Positions 17,085-24,900 are shown, counted from the first letter of the stretch. The stretch is 59,254 bases of DNA from a bacterium (GCA_043778555.1 JAYWFY010000045.1:1-59254), one strand, 5' to 3'. Translations and numbers: made by a program. Notes: a model not told the origin generated them from the letters alone.

Positions 17085-17708
17085 ATGTCTGAAAATTCTT
17101 CAACCGTCGTCAAACCAAAACCTTGGTACACCAAAAAACGCTTTATTATTCCATTAGTTTTAGTTGGGATTGGAATAATCGGTAATCTTACAGCCCCAAA
17201 ACCAGCCCCTACATATATTGTTAATGGTGCAAATGCTACAACAAGTGCAGGAGCGTCAATTATCACAAACAACCAACCAAAAAGCGGTGAGGTTATTGTT
17301 GATTTTAATACTGTATTTCCAATTGACGGATTCAATCTTAAAGTGGAAAAAGCTGAATGGCTGGATAATATCGTAAATGATAATCAGTTTTTCAAACCAT
17401 ACGAAGCTAAGAAGAAAATATTAAAACTAACTTTTGACGGCGAAAATACAAGTAAAGTAGGTAAAAATTTGTCATTCTACAACGCTAAAATAAACACTAA
17501 AGACGGCTTTGAGTTCTCAAAGATTCAAGATATAAATGTGACTAGCATGGAACAAGTCAAAGATTTGCCAAAAGGTTACACTGGCTGTCTATCGTGCAAA
17601 GTAGAGCCGCTAGGGAAAGCAAAAGAATATATATATTTTGATATTCCTGAAAAACCTTTAACCGATTTAAATTTATCAATTAGAGATACAAAAATTAAAC
17701 TTCAATAA
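17085..17708 (+). CDS. Membrane-anchored DUF4352-like (Ig-like beta-sandwich) surface protein
   Basis: ATG at 17085 (MSENSS..; the track start at 17067 is a TTG). TM segment FIIPLVLVGIGIIG, then a beta-rich domain with ..KILKLTFDGENTS..YIYFDIPE... It has its own promoter and terminator. Confidence 0.55.
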   Translation: MSENSSTVVKPKPWYTKKRFIIPLVLVGIGIIGNLTAPKPAPTYIVNGANATTSAGASIITNNQPKSGEVIVDFNTVFPIDGFNLKVEKAEWLDNIVNDNQFFKPYEAKKKILKLTFDGENTSKVGKNLSFYNAKINTKDGFEFSKIQDINVTSMEQVKDLPKGYTGCLSCKVEPLGKAKEYIYFDIPEKPLTDLNLSIRDTKIKLQ

Positions 17709-17732
17709 TCTTACACATTATTTGATAACTCT

Positions 17733-17762
17733 ACCCCCTCCAAAGGTGGTTTTTTATTGCCT
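17733..17762 (+). terminator. Cassette terminator, copy 1
   Basis: ACCCCC-tccaaa-GGTGGT hairpin with one internal mismatch, then TTTTTATTGCC. Confidence 0.5.
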
Positions 17763-17777
17763 ATCCTCTTTCCAAAG

Positions 17778-17807
17778 TTGACACTTCAAGTCAAAAAATG
17801 ATAAGAT
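17778..17807 (+). promoter_or_regulatory. Promoter for 17814..18722 (leaderless)
   Basis: TTGACA-18-TAAGAT, with the ATG 6 nt downstream. Confidence 0.55.
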
Positions 17808-17813
17808 TAAACA

Positions 17814-18722
17814 ATGTCAAAAAACTTACTCGAGCTCAAATATCAGGGTCAAGCTGTTGATGATGGCTCTATTGATTTGCAAGATTTAATCCCTGCTTTG
17901 ATAGGAATGGACGAGATTTTACAAAGAATTAACAAGCTTATTAATGGCGAAAGCTCAAGGTTAATAGTCAAAGCCCAACCCCTAGAAAAAGGTTCTGTAG
18001 TTATTACTTTGGAGTTGGTGACCAATTTTATCCAAACTCTTTTTTCTGGTGTAGATACAGTTCAGGCTAGTGCCAAAATTCTTGAAGTACTTCTTGGTAC
18101 TGCTGGCGTAGCTGGCTTGATTAAAGCTATCAAAATGAAGGCTAGCGAGGATTTGTCAACTATTGAGTATTTTGAAAATGATGACGGCAAAACTGTTACA
18201 ATGAAGACAGCAAAAGGACAAATAGCAATTTGCAAAGAAGGACTGATATTGTTAGGAGATAAAGATATGGTTAAAGCTATAAAAAAAGTAATTGTAGATC
18301 CTATTCAAAAAAATAACTTAGATCAATTAATAATCTCTAAAATTCAGGATAGTAATAAAATATCAGAAAGTATTACTTCTCAAGAGGTGAGCTATTTTGA
18401 TTTTGAGCCATTGTCAAAAGAAAGCCAGCTAGATGACCAAACTGGAGAAGACTATTTGCAAGTGATTAGCCCAAACCTAGATCCTGACAAACAACTCAAA
18501 TGGGAATTCCGAAGGACAGGTTCAAAGATATTTGCAAATATGAACGATGCTGACTTTTGGGCAAAATTAAAGAATGGAGATCAAAAAATATCAGTCAACG
18601 ATATTTACAAATGCAAAATTACTACCAAATACTGCGTCAAAGGCGGAGAGGTCAAAGGCGATGTATCTATAGATAAAGTACTTGAAGTTATCAACAATGA
18701 CACTAGCCAAAAATTGTTTTAA
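17814..18722 (+). CDS. Hypothetical 302-aa accessory protein (leaderless, own promoter and terminator)
   Basis: ORF track. TTGACA-18-TAAGAT lies 6 nt upstream of the ATG, and a terminator follows at 18741-18770. Confidence 0.6.
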   Translation: MSKNLLELKYQGQAVDDGSIDLQDLIPALIGMDEILQRINKLINGESSRLIVKAQPLEKGSVVITLELVTNFIQTLFSGVDTVQASAKILEVLLGTAGVAGLIKAIKMKASEDLSTIEYFENDDGKTVTMKTAKGQIAICKEGLILLGDKDMVKAIKKVIVDPIQKNNLDQLIISKIQDSNKISESITSQEVSYFDFEPLSKESQLDDQTGEDYLQVISPNLDPDKQLKWEFRRTGSKIFANMNDADFWAKLKNGDQKISVNDIYKCKITTKYCVKGGEVKGDVSIDKVLEVINNDTSQKLF

Positions 18723-18740
18723 TATTAGCAAGTACCCTTC

Positions 18741-18770
18741 ACCCCCCCTAATAGGTGGTTTTTTGTTGCC
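18741..18770 (+). terminator. Cassette terminator, copy 2
   Basis: ACCCCC-cctaata-GGTGGT, then TTTTTGTTGCC. The 18-mer AGGTGGTTTTTTRTTGCC is shared with copy 1. Confidence 0.5.
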
Positions 18771-18816
18771 CACCCTACTGCAAATAGTAAAAGTGGATTT
18801 GACTGGTTAATAAGTT

Positions 18817-18846
18817 TTGACAAAATGATATAAAATAGTATATAAT
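18817..18846 (+). promoter_or_regulatory. Promoter for 18855..19868 (leaderless)
   Basis: TTGACA-18-TATAAT, with the ATG 8 nt downstream. Confidence 0.65.
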
Positions 18847-18854
18847 GATATAGT

Positions 18855-19868
18855 ATGAAATTATCACAATATGCAAAATTAAAAGGAGTATCCTATTTGA
18901 CAGCCAAAAAATGGTTTCACGCTGGAGATATTAAAGGTGTACAAATGCCGAGCGGTACAATTGTTATTGACGAATTAATCCCCGAAAAATTAGTTGATCC
19001 AAATATTATTAAAGTATCCCACCAAGGAAAAATTACAATTGGAGATTTCAAATTACCTTGTTATGTGCTAGAAAATGGATTGAGAGTTTTGTCAGGGCGT
19101 GGCATGCAAGCCTCTTTATCTATCAACAACACTGGCGGCCAAAAAATGGTCAGTTTTATAACCAAAAGTAGTTTAAAACCTTTTATTGACGCTGAAATAA
19201 TTGCGGCCATAAACACTCCGATGCAATTTGCAAATAAACAAGGAAAAATAGGATATGGTTTTGAAGCAAAAATATTAAATAAAATATGTTCAAATTTGTT
19301 GTCATATAGAAGGCATTGTTTACAAAACAATATGGCTATTTCTGATTCAGAAAATAGGATAATTAGTCAATGTGAGATTCTTCAAGGTGGATTTGCTGAG
19401 GTTGGTATTATAGCCCTCGTTGACGAAGCCACAGGCTATCAAGGAGATAGGCAAAAAGATGAGCTTCAAAAGATCCTTAGTGCATATATTTCTAAAGAAC
19501 TTTTACCTTGGCAAAAACGATTCCCAAATGAGTATTACGAGCAAATATGCAGACTTAGAGATTGGAATTATGATCCTCTTACTCAAAAAAGACCACAAAT
19601 CATCGGTAAAATTACAAATCAGATTGTGTATAAACTATTGCCAGACGGCATTTTAGAAGAATTAAGGAAACTTAATCCACCAAATGAGAATGGTAATAGA
19701 TCGCAAAACCATCACCAATTTTTGACACTTGATATTGGTAATATTAATCTTGAAAGGCACTTAGCTCAAGTCATAGTTTTGATGAGAATTTGTAAATCTT
19801 GGGTAGAGTTTGAAGAAAAACTATACGACGCTTTCCCCAGATTTGGTCAACAAGAAAAATTATTTTAG
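18855..19868 (+). CDS. P63C-domain protein with N-terminal excisionase/MerR-type HTH
   Basis: N-terminus MKLSQYAKLKGVSYLTAKKWFHAGDIKG. C-terminal P63C-like block ..ALVDEATGYQ..WQKRFPNEYYEQICRL..NHHQFLT... The final G of the TAG stop is the first base of the IS inverted repeat. Confidence 0.65.
   Translation: MKLSQYAKLKGVSYLTAKKWFHAGDIKGVQMPSGTIVIDELIPEKLVDPNIIKVSHQGKITIGDFKLPCYVLENGLRVLSGRGMQASLSINNTGGQKMVSFITKSSLKPFIDAEIIAAINTPMQFANKQGKIGYGFEAKILNKICSNLLSYRRHCLQNNMAISDSENRIISQCEILQGGFAEVGIIALVDEATGYQGDRQKDELQKILSAYISKELLPWQKRFPNEYYEQICRLRDWNYDPLTQKRPQIIGKITNQIVYKLLPDGILEELRKLNPPNENGNRSQNHHQFLTLDIGNINLERHLAQVIVLMRICKSWVEFEEKLYDAFPRFGQQEKLF
19858..19867. repeat. Target-site duplication, left copy (AATTATTTTA)
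   Basis: Immediately abuts the left TIR. Identical to 21932-21941. Confidence 0.8.
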
Positions 19869-19879
19869 GTAATTATCCC
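19868..19879. repeat. IS left terminal inverted repeat GGTAATTATCCC
   Basis: Perfect reverse complement of 21920-21931. Confidence 0.8.
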
Positions 19880-19908
19880 TTGACAACACTTAAATAATAT
19901 GATATAAT
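19880..19908 (+). promoter_or_regulatory. Transposase promoter abutting the left TIR
   Basis: TTGACA-17-TATAAT, starting 1 nt after the TIR. Confidence 0.65.
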
Positions 19909-19929
19909 TATAGGGTAATAAACAACCTT

Positions 19930-20841
19930 ATGATTCCTCAAAAATTCGTCAAATATACTATAAAAGAATTTCGTAAAAACTTTGCCACAGATGACATTTG
20001 CCTAGATTATCTATTCAAACAGTTCTACGGTCATTTGAGTGATTTTGATAAATACTACAAAATTAAAGGTCGTAAAGAATATGTACACTCTGTAACTGGA
20101 GAGCATATCTCGCCAACTGCAAATAGTATTTTTCATAAATCTAGTACTCCTTTGACAACTTGGTTTGAGGTAATCTACAAGTTCTGTAATAGTCGAAATG
20201 GTGTTAGTGCAATGGAAATAATGCGTGATTTTGGTATGACCTACAAATGTGCTTGGAGAGTTGCAAATCAAGTAAGAAGTCTGTTTGGATCAAATAAAGC
20301 TGACAAACTAGCTGGAATTATAGAGGCGGACGAAACTTACATCGGAGGCAAAGAAGGTAATAAAAAACTAAGTAAAAGACAAAAAGGAACTCAAGGTAGA
20401 AGCTCCAAAACAAAAACTCCAGTGATAGGAGTTGTAAAGCGAACTGATGAAGATTCTAAGTCTGAAATTCGAGCTAAAGTAGTCGCTGATACTTCACGAT
20501 CAACAATAATGCCATTTGTCAAAGCAAATGTAGAAATCAATTCTAGTTTGATGACTGATGAATATCAATCTTACAACGGAGCATATAGTGCTGGATATGA
20601 CCACCAAAGAGTAATCCATAGCTCTAGCCAATATGTCCTTGGAAATGTTTATACAAACACTTTGGAGGGCTTTTGGTCACTGCTTAAATGTGGAATTACT
20701 GGAACTTATAGAATGGTCTCACCAAAGTATCTACAAATGTATGTCAATGAGTTTATGTATCGTTACAATCACGACCATAGCAAATCTCATTTGTTTGACA
20801 CTGTACTTTGTAATTTAGTTAAGAATGATTTAATTGTTTAG
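19930..20841 (+). CDS. IS1595-family (ISXO2-like) DDE transposase
   Basis: 303 aa. ..LAGIIEADETYIGGKEGNKK.. and ..LMTDEYQSYNG..HQRVIHS..TNTLEGFWSLLK fit the DDE_Tnp_IS1595 pattern. Confidence 0.8.
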   Translation: MIPQKFVKYTIKEFRKNFATDDICLDYLFKQFYGHLSDFDKYYKIKGRKEYVHSVTGEHISPTANSIFHKSSTPLTTWFEVIYKFCNSRNGVSAMEIMRDFGMTYKCAWRVANQVRSLFGSNKADKLAGIIEADETYIGGKEGNKKLSKRQKGTQGRSSKTKTPVIGVVKRTDEDSKSEIRAKVVADTSRSTIMPFVKANVEINSSLMTDEYQSYNGAYSAGYDHQRVIHSSSQYVLGNVYTNTLEGFWSLLKCGITGTYRMVSPKYLQMYVNEFMYRYNHDHSKSHLFDTVLCNLVKNDLIV

Positions 20842-21869
20842 TCAAAAAGTGGGATTGGCTGAGGAGTATTTGGATATGGTATCCTCTCGTTTAACCTAGC
20901 CATCGCTTCGTTCATATCGCCTCCAGAATCAGCTGTTTGTTCAAAAATCAATTCTGCTTTCCCAAGTACATATTTCATTTGTTCTCTTCCATAATCTGTG
21001 AGGTTTTGGTGTAACCTGTGTTTATATCCTCCATTTTTTGATTTAATTGCCCTATCTTTTAACTCTTCTAAAATAACTGAGCCAGCAGGAAGGCGTTTAT
21101 AAAGATCATTTGTTATCCAAGAAACACATTGAGGGTGGTTTATTTTCTCGAGTGAATAATGATCCCATTCCCAACTATAAAGCCTATAAATCTGTTTATA
21201 AAACTCTTCAGGAAATAATTTTAACCAAGGTCTCAGTGCGTCTGCTATATTTTTCTTAATTACTTCTTGCCATTCATTTATTCTTTTTTCATATCCAGTT
21301 ACTTCATAAATCAACGCTTTGATTCCTATTTCCGCGAGTGATTCAACAAGTATTTCTGTCTGTTTTACTAGTAATAAAGACAATTTTGGGTCAGGTAAAA
21401 TTTTGTAATCGCTACTTTTTTCGCGATTGATTCTTGTAATTGCTGTACAAAGTTTAGGTAAAATTTCAGCTGGAATAAGAGCTGTTTTCATACCTCCTCC
21501 TTTACCTCTTTTCCCGTACAGAGGATATTTAATTGAGTTTAATACATCTTGAGTAATTAATGACCTAAAAATTACTTTTCCAAAAAGTTCTTCTAAGGCA
21601 GTTCCTCGTTTTGAATCTAAAAAAAACAATTTTTGTACATCATTTCTAGCTAAAAGAGTTATTGCTTCATTATTTTCATTTTTTCCTACATAGCATTCTA
21701 AACTTATTTCTCCAAGATTTAGCTGGTTTTCTGGCTCACCTGCAATTATTGGAATAAGGTCAGCCCTTTTAGCTTTTTTAAGTGTTTCGTTTATTTGAAT
21801 TTGAAATTGTTCTCGCTCTTTATTAAGCTCTTCATCATTTTGAAGTTGGCTAGATGTAGTTGTAATCAT
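20838..21869 (-). CDS. P63C-domain protein (IS passenger gene)
   Basis: ATG at 21869 (MITTTSSQ..). ..ALIYEVTGYE..WLKLFPEEFYKQIYRL..HRLHQNLT.. is paralogous to 18855..19868. A promoter lies 8 nt upstream. Confidence 0.65.
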   Translation of the reverse strand: MITTTSSQLQNDEELNKEREQFQIQINETLKKAKRADLIPIIAGEPENQLNLGEISLECYVGKNENNEAITLLARNDVQKLFFLDSKRGTALEELFGKVIFRSLITQDVLNSIKYPLYGKRGKGGGMKTALIPAEILPKLCTAITRINREKSSDYKILPDPKLSLLLVKQTEILVESLAEIGIKALIYEVTGYEKRINEWQEVIKKNIADALRPWLKLFPEEFYKQIYRLYSWEWDHYSLEKINHPQCVSWITNDLYKRLPAGSVILEELKDRAIKSKNGGYKHRLHQNLTDYGREQMKYVLGKAELIFEQTADSGGDMNEAMARLNERIPYPNTPQPIPLFD

Positions 21870-21877
21870 ACCAGATA

Positions 21878-21907
21878 ATTCTACAATAAAAATTACCACT
21901 ATGTCAA
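21878..21907 (-). promoter_or_regulatory. Promoter of the IS passenger P63C gene (leaderless)
   Basis: Minus strand: TTGACA-18-TAGAAT, with the ATG 8 nt downstream. Confidence 0.6.
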
Positions 21908-21919
21908 AAGTGGCGTTAG

Positions 21920-21931
21920 GGGATAATTACC
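21920..21931. repeat. IS right terminal inverted repeat GGGATAATTACC
   Basis: Perfect reverse complement of 19868-19879. Confidence 0.8.
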
Positions 21932-21941
21932 AATTATTTTA
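21932..21941. repeat. Target-site duplication, right copy (AATTATTTTA)
   Basis: Immediately abuts the right TIR. Confidence 0.8.
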
Positions 21942-22064
21942 AACTATATTAATTTTAGCTTTAGATCCACAAACAGGGGTTTTTCTCACGCCCAAAAACC
22001 AGTGCAAAAATAGAAAAGTGTGTAAATAAACAGAATAACTAACTATTCAAGCAACTTTCTTTAG

Positions 22065-22082
22065 AGGTGGGTTTTTATTGCA
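22065..22082 (+). terminator. Cassette terminator-like copy 3 (stem unclear)
   Basis: AGGTGGGTTTTTATTGCA lies about 125 nt beyond the IS. It is probably the original terminator of 18855..19868. Confidence 0.35.
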
Positions 22083-22097
22083 TTATTTTAGTAGACC

Positions 22098-23294
22098 CTA
22101 CTTTTTGACAGCCTCTCCACCACTGGCAATACAAGCCTCCATAGTGTCATAATTTGTCCAAGTTTTGGTCGTGCTATATCCTGCTGTTCCTCTAAAGTGA
22201 CATTTGCCAGAGCTGGCAGTTTTGATCACTGCACTTTTCTCAAGGCTGGTTGGGTTGGTAACTTTTGGAGTTTCTATTATTTGAGCTTTTGGTGTCTCTA
22301 ATTTTGGTGATGTTATAGCTGGTGTCTGTGCAACTGGCGGAATTAAGACATTAGTTTTAGTATTTTCTTTGCTTGCTTGAGTTGTATCTCCGTTACAAGT
22401 GTCAGCCGACCACAATCCTCTTTGGTTCTCTCTAGCAGATTTTTGAGCATTTAGATAAATTTCTGATCTTGGATGCGGAAACTTCACATAGGCGTTGGCA
22501 TAACCGTCTAGTATAGCATTGTAATTGTAATCATAGCCTGTTTCTGTAGTAATATATGCCAAGACTCTATTGTATTTGTCAATCCTGTCCGAAGGGTTAA
22601 ATTCTAGTTTGACTTTTTGACCGTCAAGTTTATTGTGAGCATTTTGACTAGCTTCTTTTCCAAAACATTGCACTACTTTGCGCGGATCTTTGGTTTCGGG
22701 TGTGTCTATGCCTATCAATCTCAGTGTTCCATACTTTTCTACTTTGACAGTATCTCCATCTACCACTTTCAAGATTTTGACATATTCTCCAATAGGCAAT
22801 GTATTTATAACTTTTTCCACTTCTTTTATATCATTGACAACCTCTACTTTTTGACCGTCGTTGTCTATGGTTTTGCCCTGTTCTAGTTTGATATATTCAG
22901 AGCTTGAGACAGTGACTGTTTGACTAGATGTTGCGATTATAGAGCTACTTGATAGCCTAGCGTCTTTTGTGCCAGATTCAGGTAATAAAGAACTTTGTAC
23001 GCTACTTGAGCTTAGTATGCCCAAAGTTTGTTTTGCATCTTTTACAGGATCTATCTTATTTGTTCCAGTTACTACTGCCGTCCAAGCCGTGCCGACTATA
23101 CCTAGGAAAAATATTGGCAAAATTAAAATTGCTACTTTTGCCCACTTTGGCATTTTGAGTTTCCAAACAAATCTTATTAGAAAATATCCAAGTACAAAAA
23201 ATAAAGCGTAAAAGCAAACCATTAATGCTAAGATATAGCAAATGATTCCCAGGATTTTGTTTTTTGTGTAAATTGATTTTAATTTTTGTATCAT
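22098..23294 (-). CDS. Membrane-anchored thermonuclease (SNase-like) with a Cys-containing C-terminal module
   Basis: N-terminal TM helices and an S/T-rich linker. The SNase core is ..VDGDTVKV..LRLIGIDTPETKDP..R.LAYI... The C-terminus SGKCHFRGTAGYSTTKTW..ACIASGG is sunset-domain-like. Confidence 0.7.
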   Translation of the reverse strand: MIQKLKSIYTKNKILGIICYILALMVCFYALFFVLGYFLIRFVWKLKMPKWAKVAILILPIFFLGIVGTAWTAVVTGTNKIDPVKDAKQTLGILSSSSVQSSLLPESGTKDARLSSSSIIATSSQTVTVSSSEYIKLEQGKTIDNDGQKVEVVNDIKEVEKVINTLPIGEYVKILKVVDGDTVKVEKYGTLRLIGIDTPETKDPRKVVQCFGKEASQNAHNKLDGQKVKLEFNPSDRIDKYNRVLAYITTETGYDYNYNAILDGYANAYVKFPHPRSEIYLNAQKSARENQRGLWSADTCNGDTTQASKENTKTNVLIPPVAQTPAITSPKLETPKAQIIETPKVTNPTSLEKSAVIKTASSGKCHFRGTAGYSTTKTWTNYDTMEACIASGGEAVKK

Positions 23295-23304
23295 AATAAC
23301 TCAA

Positions 23305-23333
23305 ATTATACCGTTTATAAAGGTTTTGGTCAA
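23305..23333 (-). promoter_or_regulatory. Thermonuclease promoter
   Basis: Minus strand: TTGACC-17-TATAAT, with the ATG 10 nt downstream. Confidence 0.65.
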
Positions 23334-23472
23334 AATTAAATACAAAGAAAATACACAATTTTGTATATTTATTCATAGTAATTTAGTATTCTATAATGCA
23401 ATCAATACTCTTTTTAATGGCTTATTACAGGTTTTTATAGCTTTAAGTAATTAGTAATCTACTATGAGTACC

Positions 23473-23501
23473 TTGACATAACAAAAAAAGTTATGTATAA
23501 T
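23473..23501 (+). promoter_or_regulatory. Promoter of the recombination operon
   Basis: TTGACA-17-TATAAT, followed immediately by the conserved 38-mer. Confidence 0.65.
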
Positions 23502-23539
23502 TAGATAGTTAAGTAATTAATAATTTGACAGCTAAGAAA
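23502..23539 (+). promoter_or_regulatory. Conserved 38-mer leader/operator, copy 1
   Basis: TAGATAGTTAAGTAATTAATAATTTGACAGCTAAGAAA, matching 26604-26641 at 35/38 positions. Confidence 0.7.
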
Positions 23540-23712
23540 AACAACCCCTCATAGGGCAGTAAAAAAATATGACTATTAGTTTGTTTTCCAATCCGTGCGA
23601 TTGAGACCAGATGATCATATCCATAGCAACTTGCTAGCAATCTATATTGTGCTAGTAACAAGCCAGCCCGTCAATAATTAATCAAATTTCTTTCAAAACA
23701 ACTTTATGCCAG

Positions 23713-23946
23713 ATGAATACCAAAACTTTTACCTTGATTCAATCACCCCACAATCGGAATTTGATCAAGATCCGGTTCAACCTGAAGAAGGAGATTTTAC
23801 TTTTGCTTCAGAAGATTGATCTTATTTCCATATTATTGTTAGTCATACTTTTCTTTGCTTTCCAATATGCAGTGAATAATGATTGCAATATGACTTGGAA
23901 TCAATGTGATTCCCACGGAATCATCCAAACTATAAACCAAAAATAA
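23713..23946 (+). CDS. Small membrane protein (alternative: overlapping 36-aa acidic ORF 23706-23816)
   Basis: 77 aa with the TM segment LISILLLVILFFAF. It ends 6 nt before the next gene. The overlapping frame MPDEYQNFYLDSITPQSEF.. resembles the leader ORF at 26781. Confidence 0.35.
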   Translation: MNTKTFTLIQSPHNRNLIKIRFNLKKEILLLLQKIDLISILLLVILFFAFQYAVNNDCNMTWNQCDSHGIIQTINQK

Positions 23947-23952
23947 CCTTTT

Positions 23953-24897
23953 ATGTCAGAAATTGCAACCGTCGCCAACCCTCAAATCCAGAATGATAGC
24001 CTCGCTTCATTCCAAGTCCTAGCCTCATTCGCTAATCAATTGTGTAAATCAGAGGCACTCCCAGCTTGCTATAAAAATGCAGCCAACGTTTTAGTAGCTC
24101 TCCAAACAGGCAAAGAAATGGGATTGCAGCCAATGGAGTCGCTCAACTCACTGTATATTGTAAATGGTAAAATCCAAATTTGGGGATCAGCTCAAATCAA
24201 ACTATTAAAGCTAAATGGCTGGAAACTTAATGTCAGAACAACAACAGACAAACTTTGTGACCTGCAAATCACCAAAGGAGATGAGTCATTTGACTATCAA
24301 ACCAAATTTGAAGAATTACCTACATCATCAAAAGCAAAGGCGTTCGCTCCAAAAGAAAAACTATATTATCACACAGTTAGCAGATTGATAAGATTTTACG
24401 TTCCTGAAGTATTAGGTGGTCAACACCTTTATAATGAGGTAGAAATTGCAGATATTGAGCCGACAGTAACAGTAACACAGCTAGGAGACAACGAATCCTT
24501 AATCAAATTCATCAGTACAGCCAAGTCAATTGACGTTTTAAAAAATATTGAATCTCAATGTAAAACTGACAATGAAAAATTAGCTTACTCAGAAAAACTA
24601 AATACTTTTTTAGCAGTTGTTGAAAAACCTGTAACACCAGAAGTTGAAACAACTCCTATAGAAGTAGAAACTCCTGTTACGATTGCATCTTTACCAGTAA
24701 TTGATCTATTTGAACAGCCAAAAGCTTGTCACCTCAAATTGTACAGTGTTTTAGGTTTAGCTTATCCAGAGCCTGAAACTTACCAGCGAGCAATTGGATT
24801 AATTTCAGAGCAATATGGTATGGAGCTAATTGAAGACTTGACCGAAGCACAGTGCCAAGAGCAAATTAATTTAATCCAAAAAGTAATCAAAAACTAG
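23953..24897 (+). CDS. RecT-like single-strand annealing protein
   Basis: ..VLVALQTGKEMGLQPMESLNSLYIVNGKIQIWGSAQIKLLKLNGW.. is an SSAP-like core. The gene is paired with a nuclease gene. Confidence 0.55.
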   Translation: MSEIATVANPQIQNDSLASFQVLASFANQLCKSEALPACYKNAANVLVALQTGKEMGLQPMESLNSLYIVNGKIQIWGSAQIKLLKLNGWKLNVRTTTDKLCDLQITKGDESFDYQTKFEELPTSSKAKAFAPKEKLYYHTVSRLIRFYVPEVLGGQHLYNEVEIADIEPTVTVTQLGDNESLIKFISTAKSIDVLKNIESQCKTDNEKLAYSEKLNTFLAVVEKPVTPEVETTPIEVETPVTIASLPVIDLFEQPKACHLKLYSVLGLAYPEPETYQRAIGLISEQYGMELIEDLTEAQCQEQINLIQKVIKN

Positions 24898-24900
24898 CCT

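Larger units (their letters stand above)
19868..21931 (+). mobile_element. IS1595-family insertion sequence carrying a P63C passenger gene
   Basis: 12-bp perfect TIRs GGTAATTATCCC/GGGATAATTACC are flanked directly by 10-bp direct repeats AATTATTTTA. The element contains a DDE transposase with the IIEADETYIGGKE motif. Confidence 0.8.

Noticed and set aside
23056-23376. 106-aa minus-strand ORF overlapping the thermonuclease start and its promoter
   Set aside because: It is out of frame with the 398-aa gene and covers its TTGACC/TATAAT promoter, so it is a shadow ORF.
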